In this document: piece after piece, positions 12,001 to 23,571 of the stretch | Position numbering within the stretch: position 1 is the first letter of the stretch | Layout: every line of letters begins with the position of its first letter | DNA from: Fimbriosthenelais zetlandica | Taxonomy: Eukaryota | Reading direction: 5' to 3' | NCBI GenBank assembly: GCA_977030845.1 | Contig: OZ365112.1 | Span: 15,252,001 to 15,316,000, forward strand | Length of the DNA stretch: 64,000 nucleotides | Program-made: the position numbers and the translations under genes | The notes under the pieces: model-generated | What the model saw: the letters and a program-made list of their open reading frames with translations, nothing else | The model's database searches: none | Told to the model about the DNA's origin: nothing

Positions 12001-13933
12001 GAAAATTGTTATTTATAAAATTGTTTTCAGTGTTATTGGGAATGGAAAAACCATGCACTTAAGCTTGGAAGATTTCCATTTGCGAGTACAAATGCATAAT
12101 GTCTTGGGAGCTTGAGCAAAAGCCTGTAGTTTATTACCTTCATTCTTAATGGGCTGGATTGATCCGAGACTGCTTGGGTGGTTGGCATTTTGTTCCAGGG
12201 AGACCAGGTCATCAATAAGTCTTAGCAGTCAATATCACCAGAAAATGTATAGGTATTGAATAAATTGATGTTGATGACCAGCTCAGGCGCCTAGGCCTAC
12301 TGCAACACATGTACCTAGGCCTACACATTAACAACGTCTATCATATTTGGGTTCTTCTGAAATGTTTTATTGCAGTAATTTGTTAGGAAAAAAATAATAC
12401 ATGGAACTTTTGGTGTTTTGTAAACGTAACCTGGAGTATTTTATCTTTTCAGGGCTGGTGATAAGACTCTCCGATTATGGGACATTGTAAGTAGGCCAAC
12501 TATACTCTACAATCAAGATAGTGTCTAGCCCAGCGAGATGTTTATATAGATGTCTGAAACAGTCCAATTTCTCAAGATTCCTTTATTGATTATATTGAAC
12601 AATAAAAAACCCAATCATTTTTTATTATTTCAGTCAACTGGCCATGCTGTCTTCACAATACTAGGACATTCCAGGTACATACCTCATGCTTGAGCTCATA
12701 GGGACGGATAAAGAACGGAACAGCGAAATATTTCTGACTTTCATTTTATTAATTTTATTAACTTCATAGATATATCTTCTAACCAGTTAAACTCTTTTAA
12801 CAGGTTTGTTACATCTTGTGCGTTCTCCAAGGACGGTAGATACTTGGCATCAGGTTCCAACGATAAGCAAGTGAAGGTGTGGAGAGTCGGAAATCAAGAC
12901 CAACTCCTCTACGAGGGTAGGTACTTAAAGGTTCTTCCTTAATTCGAGTGAGCAATAGTTATTTTATGATACAATATGTACTGAAATGAATGGAATGTTA
13001 GGGATTCTAATGTAACCTTGGAAAGCCTTTCTTATCCTGATAGATTCCTTTTCCAGATGATGGTGCTGCTGCAAAATCTGCCCCACCTGTGCCAGTGATG
13101 GCCTATGAGAGCAGCCAATACTACATGAAGGACTTGCATGAATGGACTATAGCTGATGTAAACCAGTGGCTAGCTCACCTCGGCATGGGCCAGTACATAG
13201 ACACCTTCCAGCAACACGCCATAGACGGTACAGAGCTGGCCACACTCAATGTGGAATCCCTCGAGAAAGACTTGGGAATCAGTGAGTAGAAGCCAATCAA
13301 TTCTGAATAGATGTATTTGTATAGCAATTTCCAAATTCACTCTCGTCTTTAACTCCTTATATTTTTATTTTGTAGTGGTACTTGGTCACAGAAATAAACT
13401 AGCACGGACTATTGAAGAGCTAAAGCAGCGACCAGAGCTGCAAAGGAAGGCTGCAGGTTGATAAAAGTTTCCTCTTATAATCATCTCGTTCTATTCTTCT
13501 AAAAGTAAAGCAATATTTGATTATTTGTTGCTTATCATGCATCAATTGCATTTTTCTCTACCTTGTTTTGCAGAAAAGGGCGTGCCTGATGAATATATTT
13601 GTCCTATTACGCGAGAAATTATGAAAGAACCTGTCATAGCCTCTGGTGAGTATCTTCACTTCAAATCGCCATACTGAGGGACAATGAATGAAGTCCCCCA
13701 AGAGGACTTTCATCATAAACATTTCTATTGATTTTAGTTGTCAGGAAGTTAGATTATATTAGTGACTTTTTCTTGTAGATGGATACACATATGAGAAGGC
13801 AGCCATTTTAGACTGGATCCAACGTGGGAAGAGCTTCAGTCCAATGACAAATGGCCAGCTGTCAACAACGTCACTGACAGCTAACCGCAGCCTCAAAATG
13901 CTCATAGACAGATATCTGGAGTCTGGGAAATAA
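5436..13933 (+). CDS. WDSUB1: WD repeat, SAM and U-box domain-containing protein 1 (11 coding exons: 5436-6055, 7740-7939, 8051-8149, 9661-9754, 12453-12486, 12634-12674, 12804-12916, 13057-13281, 13376-13456, 13574-13645, 13779-13933; 1734 nt, 577 aa)
   Basis: All introns are GT..AG and phases are consistent (2,1,1,2,0,2,1,1,1,1). The product has WD40 repeats ([35 protein letters not shown]), a SAM domain ([23 protein letters not shown]) and a U-box ([32 protein letters not shown]), and ends at TAA 13931-13933. The domain order is diagnostic for WDSUB1. Confidence 0.95.
7740..7939 (+). CDS. WDSUB1: WDSUB1 coding exon 2 (WD40)
   Basis: tttacag| [17 protein letters not shown]...[18 protein letters not shown] |gtatgt. 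Confidence 0.92.
8051..8149 (+). CDS. WDSUB1: WDSUB1 coding exon 3 (WD40)
   Basis: cttgcag| ...[16 protein letters not shown]... |gtaagt. Confidence 0.9.
8250..8830 (-). mobile_element. Decayed Ngaro/DIRS-like fragment (ORF1/RT junction) in WDSUB1 intron 3
   Basis: Broken frames give PTPIATP and G.FLPF-like segments; GC is higher than in the flanks. Confidence 0.3.
9661..9754 (+). CDS. WDSUB1: WDSUB1 coding exon 4 (WD40)
   Basis: tttcacag| ...[22 protein letters not shown] |gtaagt. Confidence 0.92.
11850..12240 (-). mobile_element. Decayed non-LTR retrotransposon RT (L2/CR1/RTE-type) in WDSUB1 intron 4
   Basis: LIDDLVSL...KLQAF...CTRKWK..KLKCMVF followed by KHLGV, matching the YADD, W..N..KTK.MVF and YLGV region of LINE RTs. 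Confidence 0.55.
12453..12486 (+). CDS. WDSUB1: WDSUB1 coding exon 5 (34 nt)
   Basis: cttttcag| [11 protein letters not shown] |gtaagt. Confidence 0.9.
12634..12674 (+). CDS. WDSUB1: WDSUB1 coding exon 6 (41 nt)
   Basis: atttcag| [14 protein letters not shown] |gtacat. Confidence 0.88.
12804..12916 (+). CDS. WDSUB1: WDSUB1 coding exon 7 (last WD40)
   Basis: ttaacag| [26 protein letters not shown]... |gtaggt. Confidence 0.92.
13057..13281 (+). CDS. WDSUB1: WDSUB1 coding exon 8 (SAM domain)
   Basis: ttccag| ...[32 protein letters not shown]...LGI |gtgagt. Confidence 0.92.
13376..13456 (+). CDS. WDSUB1: WDSUB1 coding exon 9 (end of SAM)
   Basis: tttgtag| [16 protein letters not shown]... |gttgat. 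Confidence 0.9.
13574..13645 (+). CDS. WDSUB1: WDSUB1 coding exon 10 (U-box start)
   Basis: ttttgcag| [23 protein letters not shown] |gtgagt. Confidence 0.93.
13779..13933 (+). CDS. WDSUB1: WDSUB1 coding exon 11 (U-box end, stop)
   Basis: tcttgtag| [27 protein letters not shown]...[16 protein letters not shown]. Confidence 0.93.
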
Positions 13934-16900
13934 GCTCCACATTTTATTCTGCATTGTGATTCAAGGACTCAGGCATAACAGACAAGCTTATCTGAAAGTT
14001 TTAACCAAGCTGTATTTGGAATGAAACTGGGACTCGTGACTAAAAGCAGATGGCTCAGATTTGACGTTCATTAATCCAGCAAAGTTTCGGTAGTGTCTCA
14101 GTGCTTTTCTTAATCTGACCACTCCATATTAATGACGTACCATAGTCATTTGTATGTAACCTACTATATGTTAGAAAAGATTAAATATTACAAATTTATA
14201 TTATGCAAGCATCCTGAAGTTTTTAGAAGTGCAGTTTTGCCAAAGTCCCTAATGAATCATTTCTACTTGTGTACATATACATGTACATATGTATCAGACT
14301 TGTAGCCACTTTGTGAAGTGATAATCTTTCATGCGTCATTGTAGAGATTCGTCCAAGAGAGAGATGGCCTATTACCCAATTTACTGATTGCAAAAGCGTT
14401 TTTTATATGTGCTGATAGGTCTACCACCAACCTATATAGTATGCCCAAATCCAAATTTGGCTGCGGTTGTGGTTTCACGCGAATATATATATGGTTTCCC
14501 CAGTCTGATCATAGACATATAATATATGTCAATGGTCTGATCTATGAATCCAAGTAGTATCAGTGGTTCCCATCTTAATCTTTACATTTACATTTACATT
14601 CCCATTGAGAAACAACGTGAATATTCAAAATATAACAGGTGTATATATATTCCCTGCCATTCTGAACCCTGTATTGAATCTTGGAGTATCTATTGTGGCT
14701 AGGTCCTGCTACCGCCTGGCGTCATTGTTAAGAACTATACTGTACATTACATGATGCAGCTATATGGAACATATACCATTCAACTCATCAAGTCAAAATT
14801 GCAAACAAGAACAGAAACATTGCAAATCCTGAAGGAAATGTGAATATAAGCATTGCTATCAATACTGTAATCCATATTATCCTGCAAATTTTTGTACTTT
14901 TGATAGTCAAAAGCATTATGCATACCTTCACATCCGTACATAGCATCAAACGCTTATTGACCCTGATGCATTCTACCCTCATCATATCATTATGCGTTTT
15001 CTCCAAAAGTAGATTTTTAAAATGTTTTTCATTCGTAGCTAAATAACTTGCATATACATGTATGTGTAATCTGTAGGCCTACATATATATCCTCTATGGA
15101 TCTTTTATATGCTAATTATTCATACAGAAATAACCGAGATAGCAACAAGCCTCCTACAGTTATCTATTAGCTATTTGCAGTGTATATATTCTAGAGATAT
15201 ATACAGGGAGTTGATATAAGCTACAGCTGGATTAGGAAAGGGATAACGAGTGAAGTGGGCTATTATGTGAGGGGTTGTGGGTCAACAGAGTAGCCAATTG
15301 AATCGCAGTATAATTGTAGTGTGACTATTTGTATAGATCTGTGATTTCCTTACACATTGGTATGCATTCACATAGGCTAGTCTGACTCTGAGGTTAGTTG
15401 ACTCAAAGTTAGTCAAGAATTTGCTATGGATGTAGTAACCGATATTTGCTCATAGTCCCTCTTGCTCTCATGCAGATGTTGATGACGTCAGTTATTACCT
15501 TTCGTGATAGTTGCATTTGGAATCAGAATCGTTTCCAGAACTGAGTTGTGGTTGTTTTCTTTGACTTTCTTTGAAATTCCAGGTTACTCGTTAGTGTCAT
15601 TAGGGAGAATATTAGTCGCTATACCTCACACTTTAACATTTCATCAAAATCTCCCTTCGATGAGGGATTGTTGGAACATTATTTCATTGACTGTTTTGCA
15701 CAGTTTCAATATGATCCTCACATAGGAAAACATGATTCACCCTCTGTGCGTCAGATCATAGCATTTTGACACGATCATATTATGGTTGCATCCTGCAGAT
15801 TTCGTTTGGTCCATTTCATTGTATACTATTTGAACAGGCATCAGTGTTGTTTGGTTTCAAGCTGAGATATTGTAGTTAGCACAGCTTTGGGTGAAACTTA
15901 CCGGTCTGGATGTTATTGAATAGTTGACCACCGTTAATGGCAGCTGGCTGTGCATGCACTTGAAAGTTACCCGAAGCCAAAACTTATATACTTGACACTG
16001 TGCCGTCACTTAGATGCATGAAGAAGCATATCTGTCATATTTGATATGCAATCCAGCATGAGCCCAGTGTGACTTGTTACCAGTATGAATTCACTTCTTA
16101 AAGTTGTTTTGTTTGGTTATGCTGATTTTCTTTTGTCCAAGTAACACAATTATATAGACTCGGGACTAAGAATGGATTAAATTACTTCAATGTTATCCTC
16201 AATAACTTATATTGTCTTGTGATATGTTTTGGAAGGAAAATTGAAAGATATAGAATAAAATTATTCAATCAAAAGATGTAGCGTTTTATCATTGTATACA
16301 TGGGAATAATTATGTCTAAGAAAACATTGATGCTTGGCGATTTTGACCTAGAAAATGTAACATCCGGAACAATGACATTTGCACCACCAGTCACCGATGT
16401 TTATTGAAACATTTGTTAGATCTGTCAGATTTTGTTGTTGACTTATTTGTTGCAATGAAAGACTAATAGGACTCATGAATTCCTAATGCCACTGAATAAT
16501 TACTATGTATATAGAACTGTAACTAAGCTGTACGGATAGCTGTCCAGACGACGCCACAATGGAGATAACGAGTTTCCTTTTAGTAAGTTATCTGTTGGAG
16601 AAAGTATTCCATTCTGCCAGCAGATGGCATAACTGTGGAAATTACGGGAAGATTATCCAGAATCAAAGGGACGGAAGGGTTTAATGTCATTAAAGCCACC
16701 ACCGCTTTGCAAAAGTAATATCTTAATCGATATTAAATTCTGTAAATAGAATTTTTTAAACGAGATTGACGAGTTATGTTTGTGTTTTTTGTTGTTTTTC
16801 GGGCTGATTTTTACAGTTTTTTTTATTCTTTCGGAACAGTCAATCAAATTTTCTGCAACGCAAAACCTGGGGAAATGCACTTGCGCACGATTTCCATCAA

Positions 16901-18094
16901 TTAAAGATGGAAATTTAATTCTTAATTTTGTGAATACAAATATTATTCAACCATTTTGAAACGGAGATGTAGATCTGACAAAAGATCTATTATATTAGTC
17001 ATAATGCTTGATTCCAATGACATCATTGAATTAACGCCTTCCGAGACGACGAAAAGTCATCTTCTCTCCCTGATTATGAAGGGTAGAATGTTTTAGAGAA
17101 TCTCGAGTTCCGCCTGTCTTAAAATAGGAGGAACAAATTGGTACTTAGCACAATACCACCACCATGAAATATCCCTGGAAATATCAACATAGTGAGAACC
17201 ACGTCTCTTGATACTCCAACCTCTTGAATCAGACACCATACATAATATAGCGTAGGCCTACTTTTTATTACAACCAGCCCGGGTACCTCATTATTTCCTG
17301 TCTGTGGATAAAAAGATTTAAAACCCGTCATAAAGTACCCACAGTTGATTGTACAGATCATAATATTGAAACAGCTCTTGTAATGACAAATTGGAACAAC
17401 TAAAATATTAATGGTTCAGTAACAGTGTCTCAAGGGCTATTCCAAGCAACATTATCAAGCGAGTTTGTAATTTACGAAAGTAAATCAAAGAGTAAGATTT
17501 GCTGTTGCAACTGATTTATTGAAAATTACATTAGGGCTTGATGATCTATCATACAGGATTTGTAAAGCTTTGTGAAGGAAAGGGATAGGAAAGGATCAGC
17601 TTATCTATTTTTCAATAACCACAGTCTGTTTCAGCCTTGAAAATTATCTATTGGTCTAACATGGTCAAGTGTTGCTGTGTGGTTAGTCCTTTTAGCATCA
17701 TGGTGTAAATGAAGTATTGGAATCCAATACTATTTTATAAATAATTTTCTGGACCAAGACTTGATTTCCAATTCTTAATAAAAAGGGATGAGATGTTGAA
17801 ACCAAGCACCCTTTGTAGGCAAATTGATTAACAATCTGACCATCCTCACAGCAAATAGTTTCAGGAGCAGATACTTGAGTCTTTACCAAAGTCTAATGGT
17901 AGGCCTATATCTACAATTTTATTTGGCCTCGTACTGTCAGAATATTAATGTCGGTGGAATCCTGTACTCTCCCTTTGGCCAACCAATATGGTTGAATATC
18001 ATCAATGCCTCTTACAGTTACTATTGTTGTATTAGTTTATCCCATACAAAGTCCACAATGCAACTTTCTTCTTGTTCACAGTTAAAGTGCCCAC

Positions 18095-18412
18095 ACACTA
18101 ATCCGATTCTCTATCCGGCTCCATCCGATAGTTGTCCGATACTATTTCTGTTCACACACAATACCCCCATTGCAGAAACTCTTGATCTTATAGATTTCGT
18201 CGCCAACCAATCGCATTCGCATTGGCGACGAGACCTTTAAGATAAGACCTTAAAAGTAAGATAAGATCGTAAGTTCCTGCAATGGGGGTATGCTTGTAAT
18301 TTTAACAGTCCCTTATATCCAGGTAAGGATAACCACTCACAGAATTTCATTCATTGAATATCATTAGAAATGAGGGATCGGATGGTGACGGATTGAAGAA
18401 TCGGATAAGTGT
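18095..18412. repeat. Outer ~35-bp inverted repeat pair enclosing the MITE
   Basis: 18095-18129 ACACTAATCCGATTCTCTATCCGGCTCCATCCGAT versus the reverse complement of 18377-18412 ACACTTATCCGATTCTTCAATCCGTCACCATCCGAT. Confidence 0.7.
18162..18290. mobile_element. Palindromic MITE with TA flanks (Tc1/mariner-type target site)
   Basis: TA|CCCCCATTGCAGAAACTCTTGATCTTA ... TAAGATCGTAAGTTCCTGCAATGGGGG|TA; internal hairpin TCGTCGCCAA (18197-18206) / TTGGCGACGA (18222-18231). Confidence 0.75.
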
Positions 18413-18529
18413 TACATTCCACAGAATAGCTTATTTCCTGACGACAATGTACAGATCTCTGGCTCAAATATTGGGTAAAATAAATATCTCTCGTAATTAA
18501 CCTTGTGAAAAAACGGAAGTGTGGTTGCT

Positions 18530-19050
18530 AGGTTGTGGTAGTGGTGATGTGTGTAGTCGGAGTGACCAGTAATGGTTCTTGGCTTCCACCTGTTTGCTGG
18601 GCGACGTCCCACTCTCGGCTCATGGCTATCTTGGGTCCACTAATTGTTGCCGTATTTCAGCGGCCTTGTACCATGTCATCCATCAGGATGAACCATCTGT
18701 GAATGCATTTTGTCAAATTTGTGGCGACAAATGAAGAGAGTACAAGATAGCGTTTCAGTCTAGAGATTCAAGTCTTGATAACAGGTCTGATATCATGAAT
18801 GTGAGTAGAAACAGGCCTTGGGGCTTAGCAAGATTCTGCATAAATCCAACAAGTACTTTCCATAGATATGGGTATAGGAAAGTCCTTCCTTCCAAAGCTA
18901 ATCTATAGGCCACATGTCTCAACGCTTTCTCAAGTCAGAAAACATTGTAAAGAGAGTAAACAGGTTGTGCATTTTCTGATGAATCAGCAGTCTTATTTGA
19001 CATAAGTCAGGTTCCTTAAAAGGACCTGCTGGAGCTCGCTCAATGGAATA
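18530..19050 (-). mobile_element. Decayed, internally deleted RTE-like LINE
   Basis: LFTMFSDLRK..D.W...LWK (DxxKAFDxV motif) and a C-terminal RVGRRPANRWK (RGRP..RW motif). Confidence 0.5.
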
Positions 19051-21720
19051 ACAAAAGCAATGGAATTGAAACACATTAGGGGATACATCAAAATAAGTGT
19101 TGGCTATGGTTGAAATTTGGGGAAAGCATTATTTGCAAAACACTCCCTACGTATAAAATGGTGATATGATAATTTGTATCTCACATTGGTTTATAATTTT
19201 ATCAGTAGCCATGACCACAAAATGACTATCTTATATATTATATATGGTATAGTTCCAGTAATATTTCTTACTGGTAACATATTATACATGGATTTCTTAT
19301 CATCATTCAGTATCTAATTACCAATAGAAAATAATACTCCTTCAAATTTGAATTTCCCTATTCTTTTCTCAAAGTATATAATTATGCTTATCGTTGTATC
19401 GTTCATTCGAAAATATTACCATCCATTAGACAATACATCAATTTGATAAATGCACGGGTTGAAATCCATCAGCAATGATATTCTGCATCCATGGACATTC
19501 CTATTTTGACATATTCCCTTCTCTATTTACGAGAATCAAAAGCGGCAAATTATATCATCAAATCATAGCCATGCGTCTTCCATGATTTTTTTTACATTTT
19601 TTTTATATTTGTTTCATCATTATCATCAATATTCTGAATTGATAATATTATAATAATAATCACTGGTTATAATTTACACGATTGTCACTGACAGTACCAC
19701 CATAATATATGAGTCTAACGTAATCGGTACACCCATTGCAGTTAGCAGCCCCAATAAAAATGGTATTAATGTTAATGGAAAGGAGGACAGAACGCAACAT
19801 CACTATGTTATCACCGTAAGTTTAAAGTTAGAATTCATACATAAATCAATATCCATTATGACATGTAACATGCATTTTGGCAGGTTATAATACAACATGA
19901 TTATAATATCAGTTAACCTTCCATAAAACTCAGATGATAATCATTGAAACACGTTAGATTATCATATATTCGCTAAACTACAAAATGTCATGAAATCTGT
20001 ACAGGATAATGGCAATGAACAAAGAAAATGATCTTTTACTTCAAATCACGAGTATTTCGACAGCAGTTTATTACAAAAGGCAATGGTTACTATCCACTAG
20101 ATATTTAAACAAATTGATCAACTGTTTGGAATTATAGGTAGTATGGACATCACCATATATCATTGCAACCATATTCTCGGCAGCTATATATACACAATTG
20201 GTACATTATTTCCACAAGGCATCAGTCAAAATTTAGTATAACAAGAGTTTAATTGTCCTGACGGATTGGCTCTAAACGGCTTGACCAATCGTCTCAGACT
20301 AACTCCTACAGTAAAACACCAATACGAGTATTGGGGATTGTACATCATTTCTCATGACAGAAATATATAATCATTACTTTGTCAATGGCAGTATTAGTTA
20401 TCCCTAATATTGTGGTTTTATCTGATAAACTCACCTCAATTTGAATACATGTATTATTGATTATTGTTATAGCTTGGGGCGTGGGGCGTTCCCCTCTTAT
20501 TTTTGTATACAATACTCTTAAACATTATTTTTACCAGAGCTCCAAGGCCATCTTTAATGCCTGGATGCCTTACTTCCGGTGACGGTCAGATTGGTCACCC
20601 CCTTTTCTGATTAGGCTTTTACCTGCCTATCCCTGCTAATCATGTCACATTGGATTATAGAGTAAACATGATGACATTCACATTAGTCAAAATTCATCTA
20701 AATTAAATTATTTGGTCTCTCCAAATATTTCTTCAGGCTCTGTTGTTCGAAATACTTTGATATAGGCTGTAATCATTTAAGTCAAAGAATCAAAAGAAAT
20801 CTAATGGTAGACAGATTTTTCAGTTCACAGCAGATCATATTGATTTATTTAACCATGTAATACTATGTTGTCTCATTTTGTTTTTTTATTTGATTTTTTT
20901 CTATTGAAATATGTCATAGGGTTTTTCTTTAATAAGTGTGCCTAGATTTATATGAAGTATGAGGAGTAGGGATGTAAGAAACTTTTCGGACAATCCATGT
21001 TTTTCACAAGAAGAACTAGACAATTATTTACAGGTCTTCAAACTATCTATCCGATTGATATAATCGTATACGTTTATTTATTCAACCAATAATTGGGATA
21101 ATTACCATGACTGACCTCCGGGCATCATATAACACATATAATTATATTCCTGATTATATTATATAATTCATTCTTATTCACACACATTACAAAATAAGTA
21201 CCAAGTAAATTCATTTAATGCCTCTTTTGATTCACTTTTGGAAGTGCTCGGCAAAACAGCATAACTCATTATAATTTAGCATGATCAGTTTTCATCTATT
21301 GTAGTCATATGAACTCGGACCAGTTGCGTACTCCCAAAGATAGAAATGGCTTCAATATACTTACAAATATTTGCAATTTGGAGCTGGAATTGGAAAATTA
21401 ATTTCTATATAGCAACATCTGATCCACTCTTAGCAGCTTGTAGCAGCCTGATTTTCAGCTGATGCCACTGGAAACTATTAATTTTTTCACAACTAAAAGA
21501 TTGGAAATCAAATATTTATGGGCAAGTAGAAAGACTTACCTCTGTTTGGTCCATTTTGTTTTTGAACTCATACCGTGAAAGCATGTGATTTCTGAACTGG
21601 TAAACTATGTAAATATTGCGTGGTTAGAGGATACCATTCAATATAAAGACACGCCTTCTGTTCAAGGGTATCCAACAAATTTTGGATACAGCTTGATATG
21701 TGAAAGGCGTGGGGCAAGTT

Positions 21721-23571
21721 TCATACAAGATGTATAGGATCAGCTTCTAGAGCTGTCAGTGGTATTGTGCCATTCATTTGGCCATATTGCCGGCATGAAT
21801 GACACTGTTGTAGAACTGGGGGAGTCTGTTGGTACTCTGGTTCAGGGGGGATGTATTGCCGGCATGTATGACATTTTTGTGGTACTTGGGGAGTCTGTTG
21901 ATACTCAGGTTCCTTTGAGAATTTCTTGCCCCTACTATAGGGTCCATGTTTTGTCATGATATATTGAAATATGTTCACCAAAAGCTCCAATACCTCTGCT
22001 AGTGTAATAACTGATATTCCAACCCACAGCCCGAGCTGGCCACCAATGTCCGAGAGCAGTTGGCTCTGGGAATAATCCTCAGATTCCTCCGTTTTCAACA
22101 CGTTGCTGTCAGCAATATATACATTTAGTCTCGCAAAATCTTTCATGGCCTGTCTTCGGTTTCCTGGGTCAAAATAGTTAGCATAAAGCTCAAATTTTTC
22201 TGCATCTTCAGGACCTAGAAACCGAGCAGGGTACCCCTCAGTTTCAAATATGTCGATGTAAGCCTCCTCGCCGTCAAAACTTTCTGCAGGCCACCTGGAC
22301 AGACTGTATGTGACATCATAGGAAAGCTCATGACAAGGCGGGAAACACCCACAGTGTCTTGAAAATGTCCCATTACGTGTCATCTTGGATGTAAGGTCAC
22401 GTACGCATATGACTCTTGCGTAGAGTCTCATGAGAGCATCCAGACATTCGTCTGAGCCTGACAGTCGACAGCGATCGGGAATGTCACTGTCATCAGTACA
22501 GTACTTAATGTCTGTGTAGTTATCATGACTAGGGAGGTGGATGTCTTTACATCCGCAAGTTTCTATCACTGCTCTCTGAAGACATTTCTTCTGGCAGGAG
22601 ATGAGGCGATAATCCTCACCATCTGTCCCAAATGGGTCTTCATCAGAGCAGTTACCATGTGGAGGCCCAATGCGTATGTTCTGTCTGGCTCTTACTCCAA
22701 AACTGACCGAGTAACCAGGAGGGACATCAAAACCTTCTGTGTGGGGATATGGCTCAGTATTAGGAGGATGTATGACTACTCGCACTCCTTCATTACTGGC
22801 CATGGGACTAAATCGTTCATGAGTTCCTGGTATCATTCTCAGATCGTCATTCTGATCTAGCATTCCACTTCCGGTTAAGACGACTGTAGACCATCCGTTT
22901 TCCAAACCTTCTGCCAAGGTGCTATCCATGTCTTCCCCTTTGGGTGCTAAGTAAGTAAAGCAGTTGTAGTAGTATGAATCGAAAAATTGCACAAAATCTG
23001 TGGTTCTGTTGCACATGTGCCCACCAAAACGACACGTGACAATAAATTCCTTGTAGGGCACTCCAGCGCTCATAACGAGAGGGCGATCTATGTTGGTGGC
23101 TATGAGCGTCCTGGTCAGGACAGTCTGGAACACCTTCATGTCTGTATCATTTCTCTGAAACATGGGATAGTACTTGGCAACAGTCAGCATATAGGCATTG
23201 ATAAAAGGGTCCTTTGTTATATTGGTCCAACTGAGGGGATCACTAGCATTTTTGAATATTCTGTTTAGCGTGTTCAAGACCATGATATCAAGGTTCCTCA
23301 TATTGCATAATGATATGGCAGGGAAGGGCACAGATGCTGGCACAATTTCAATAGTCACTTTCTTGGGATAGGAATAATACTTCTGTAGAAGTTGGGCAAA
23401 CTGTACACAGAACATGGAGGCTGCTGCCAAGCAAACCATTGACCAGAAGATCCGCACTGCAGTTGACTGTGCTCGAATTGCCTTTGGGATACCATGCATG
23501 GTTGTCCCGCCCGCAAAGCGGTTCATTATCGCTTTCATCACCATTTTCTCAGATGACCTTTGGCTCAACAT
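21721..23571 (-). CDS. DEG/ENaC family channel, FMRFamide-activated amiloride-sensitive sodium channel (FaNaC)-like, intronless CDS, 616 aa
   Basis: Uninterrupted ORF with the N-terminal HG motif (TTMHG), TM1, FPAISLCN, YYYNCFTY, GVRVVIHPPNTEPYP..GFDVPPGYS, a Cys-rich thumb (CQKKCLQRAVIETCGC, CGCFPPC) and TM2 DIGGQLGLWVGISVITLAEVLE with a GIS filter. GFDVPPGYSVSFG and CGCFPPC..SY...SLSRWP resemble molluscan FaNaC as I recall it. Confidence 0.95.
   Translation of the reverse strand: MLSQRSSEKMVMKAIMNRFAGGTTMHGIPKAIRAQSTAVRIFWSMVCLAAASMFCVQFAQLLQKYYSYPKKVTIEIVPASVPFPAISLCNMRNLDIMVLNTLNRIFKNASDPLSWTNITKDPFINAYMLTVAKYYPMFQRNDTDMKVFQTVLTRTLIATNIDRPLVMSAGVPYKEFIVTCRFGGHMCNRTTDFVQFFDSYYYNCFTYLAPKGEDMDSTLAEGLENGWSTVVLTGSGMLDQNDDLRMIPGTHERFSPMASNEGVRVVIHPPNTEPYPHTEGFDVPPGYSVSFGVRARQNIRIGPPHGNCSDEDPFGTDGEDYRLISCQKKCLQRAVIETCGCKDIHLPSHDNYTDIKYCTDDSDIPDRCRLSGSDECLDALMRLYARVICVRDLTSKMTRNGTFSRHCGCFPPCHELSYDVTYSLSRWPAESFDGEEAYIDIFETEGYPARFLGPEDAEKFELYANYFDPGNRRQAMKDFARLNVYIADSNVLKTEESEDYSQSQLLSDIGGQLGLWVGISVITLAEVLELLVNIFQYIMTKHGPYSRGKKFSKEPEYQQTPQVPQKCHTCRQYIPPEPEYQQTPPVLQQCHSCRQYGQMNGTIPLTALEADPIHLV

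Noticed and set aside
14563-15046. Short hydrophobic ORFs on both strands
   Set aside because: AT-rich 3'-UTR or intergenic sequence without splice or domain support
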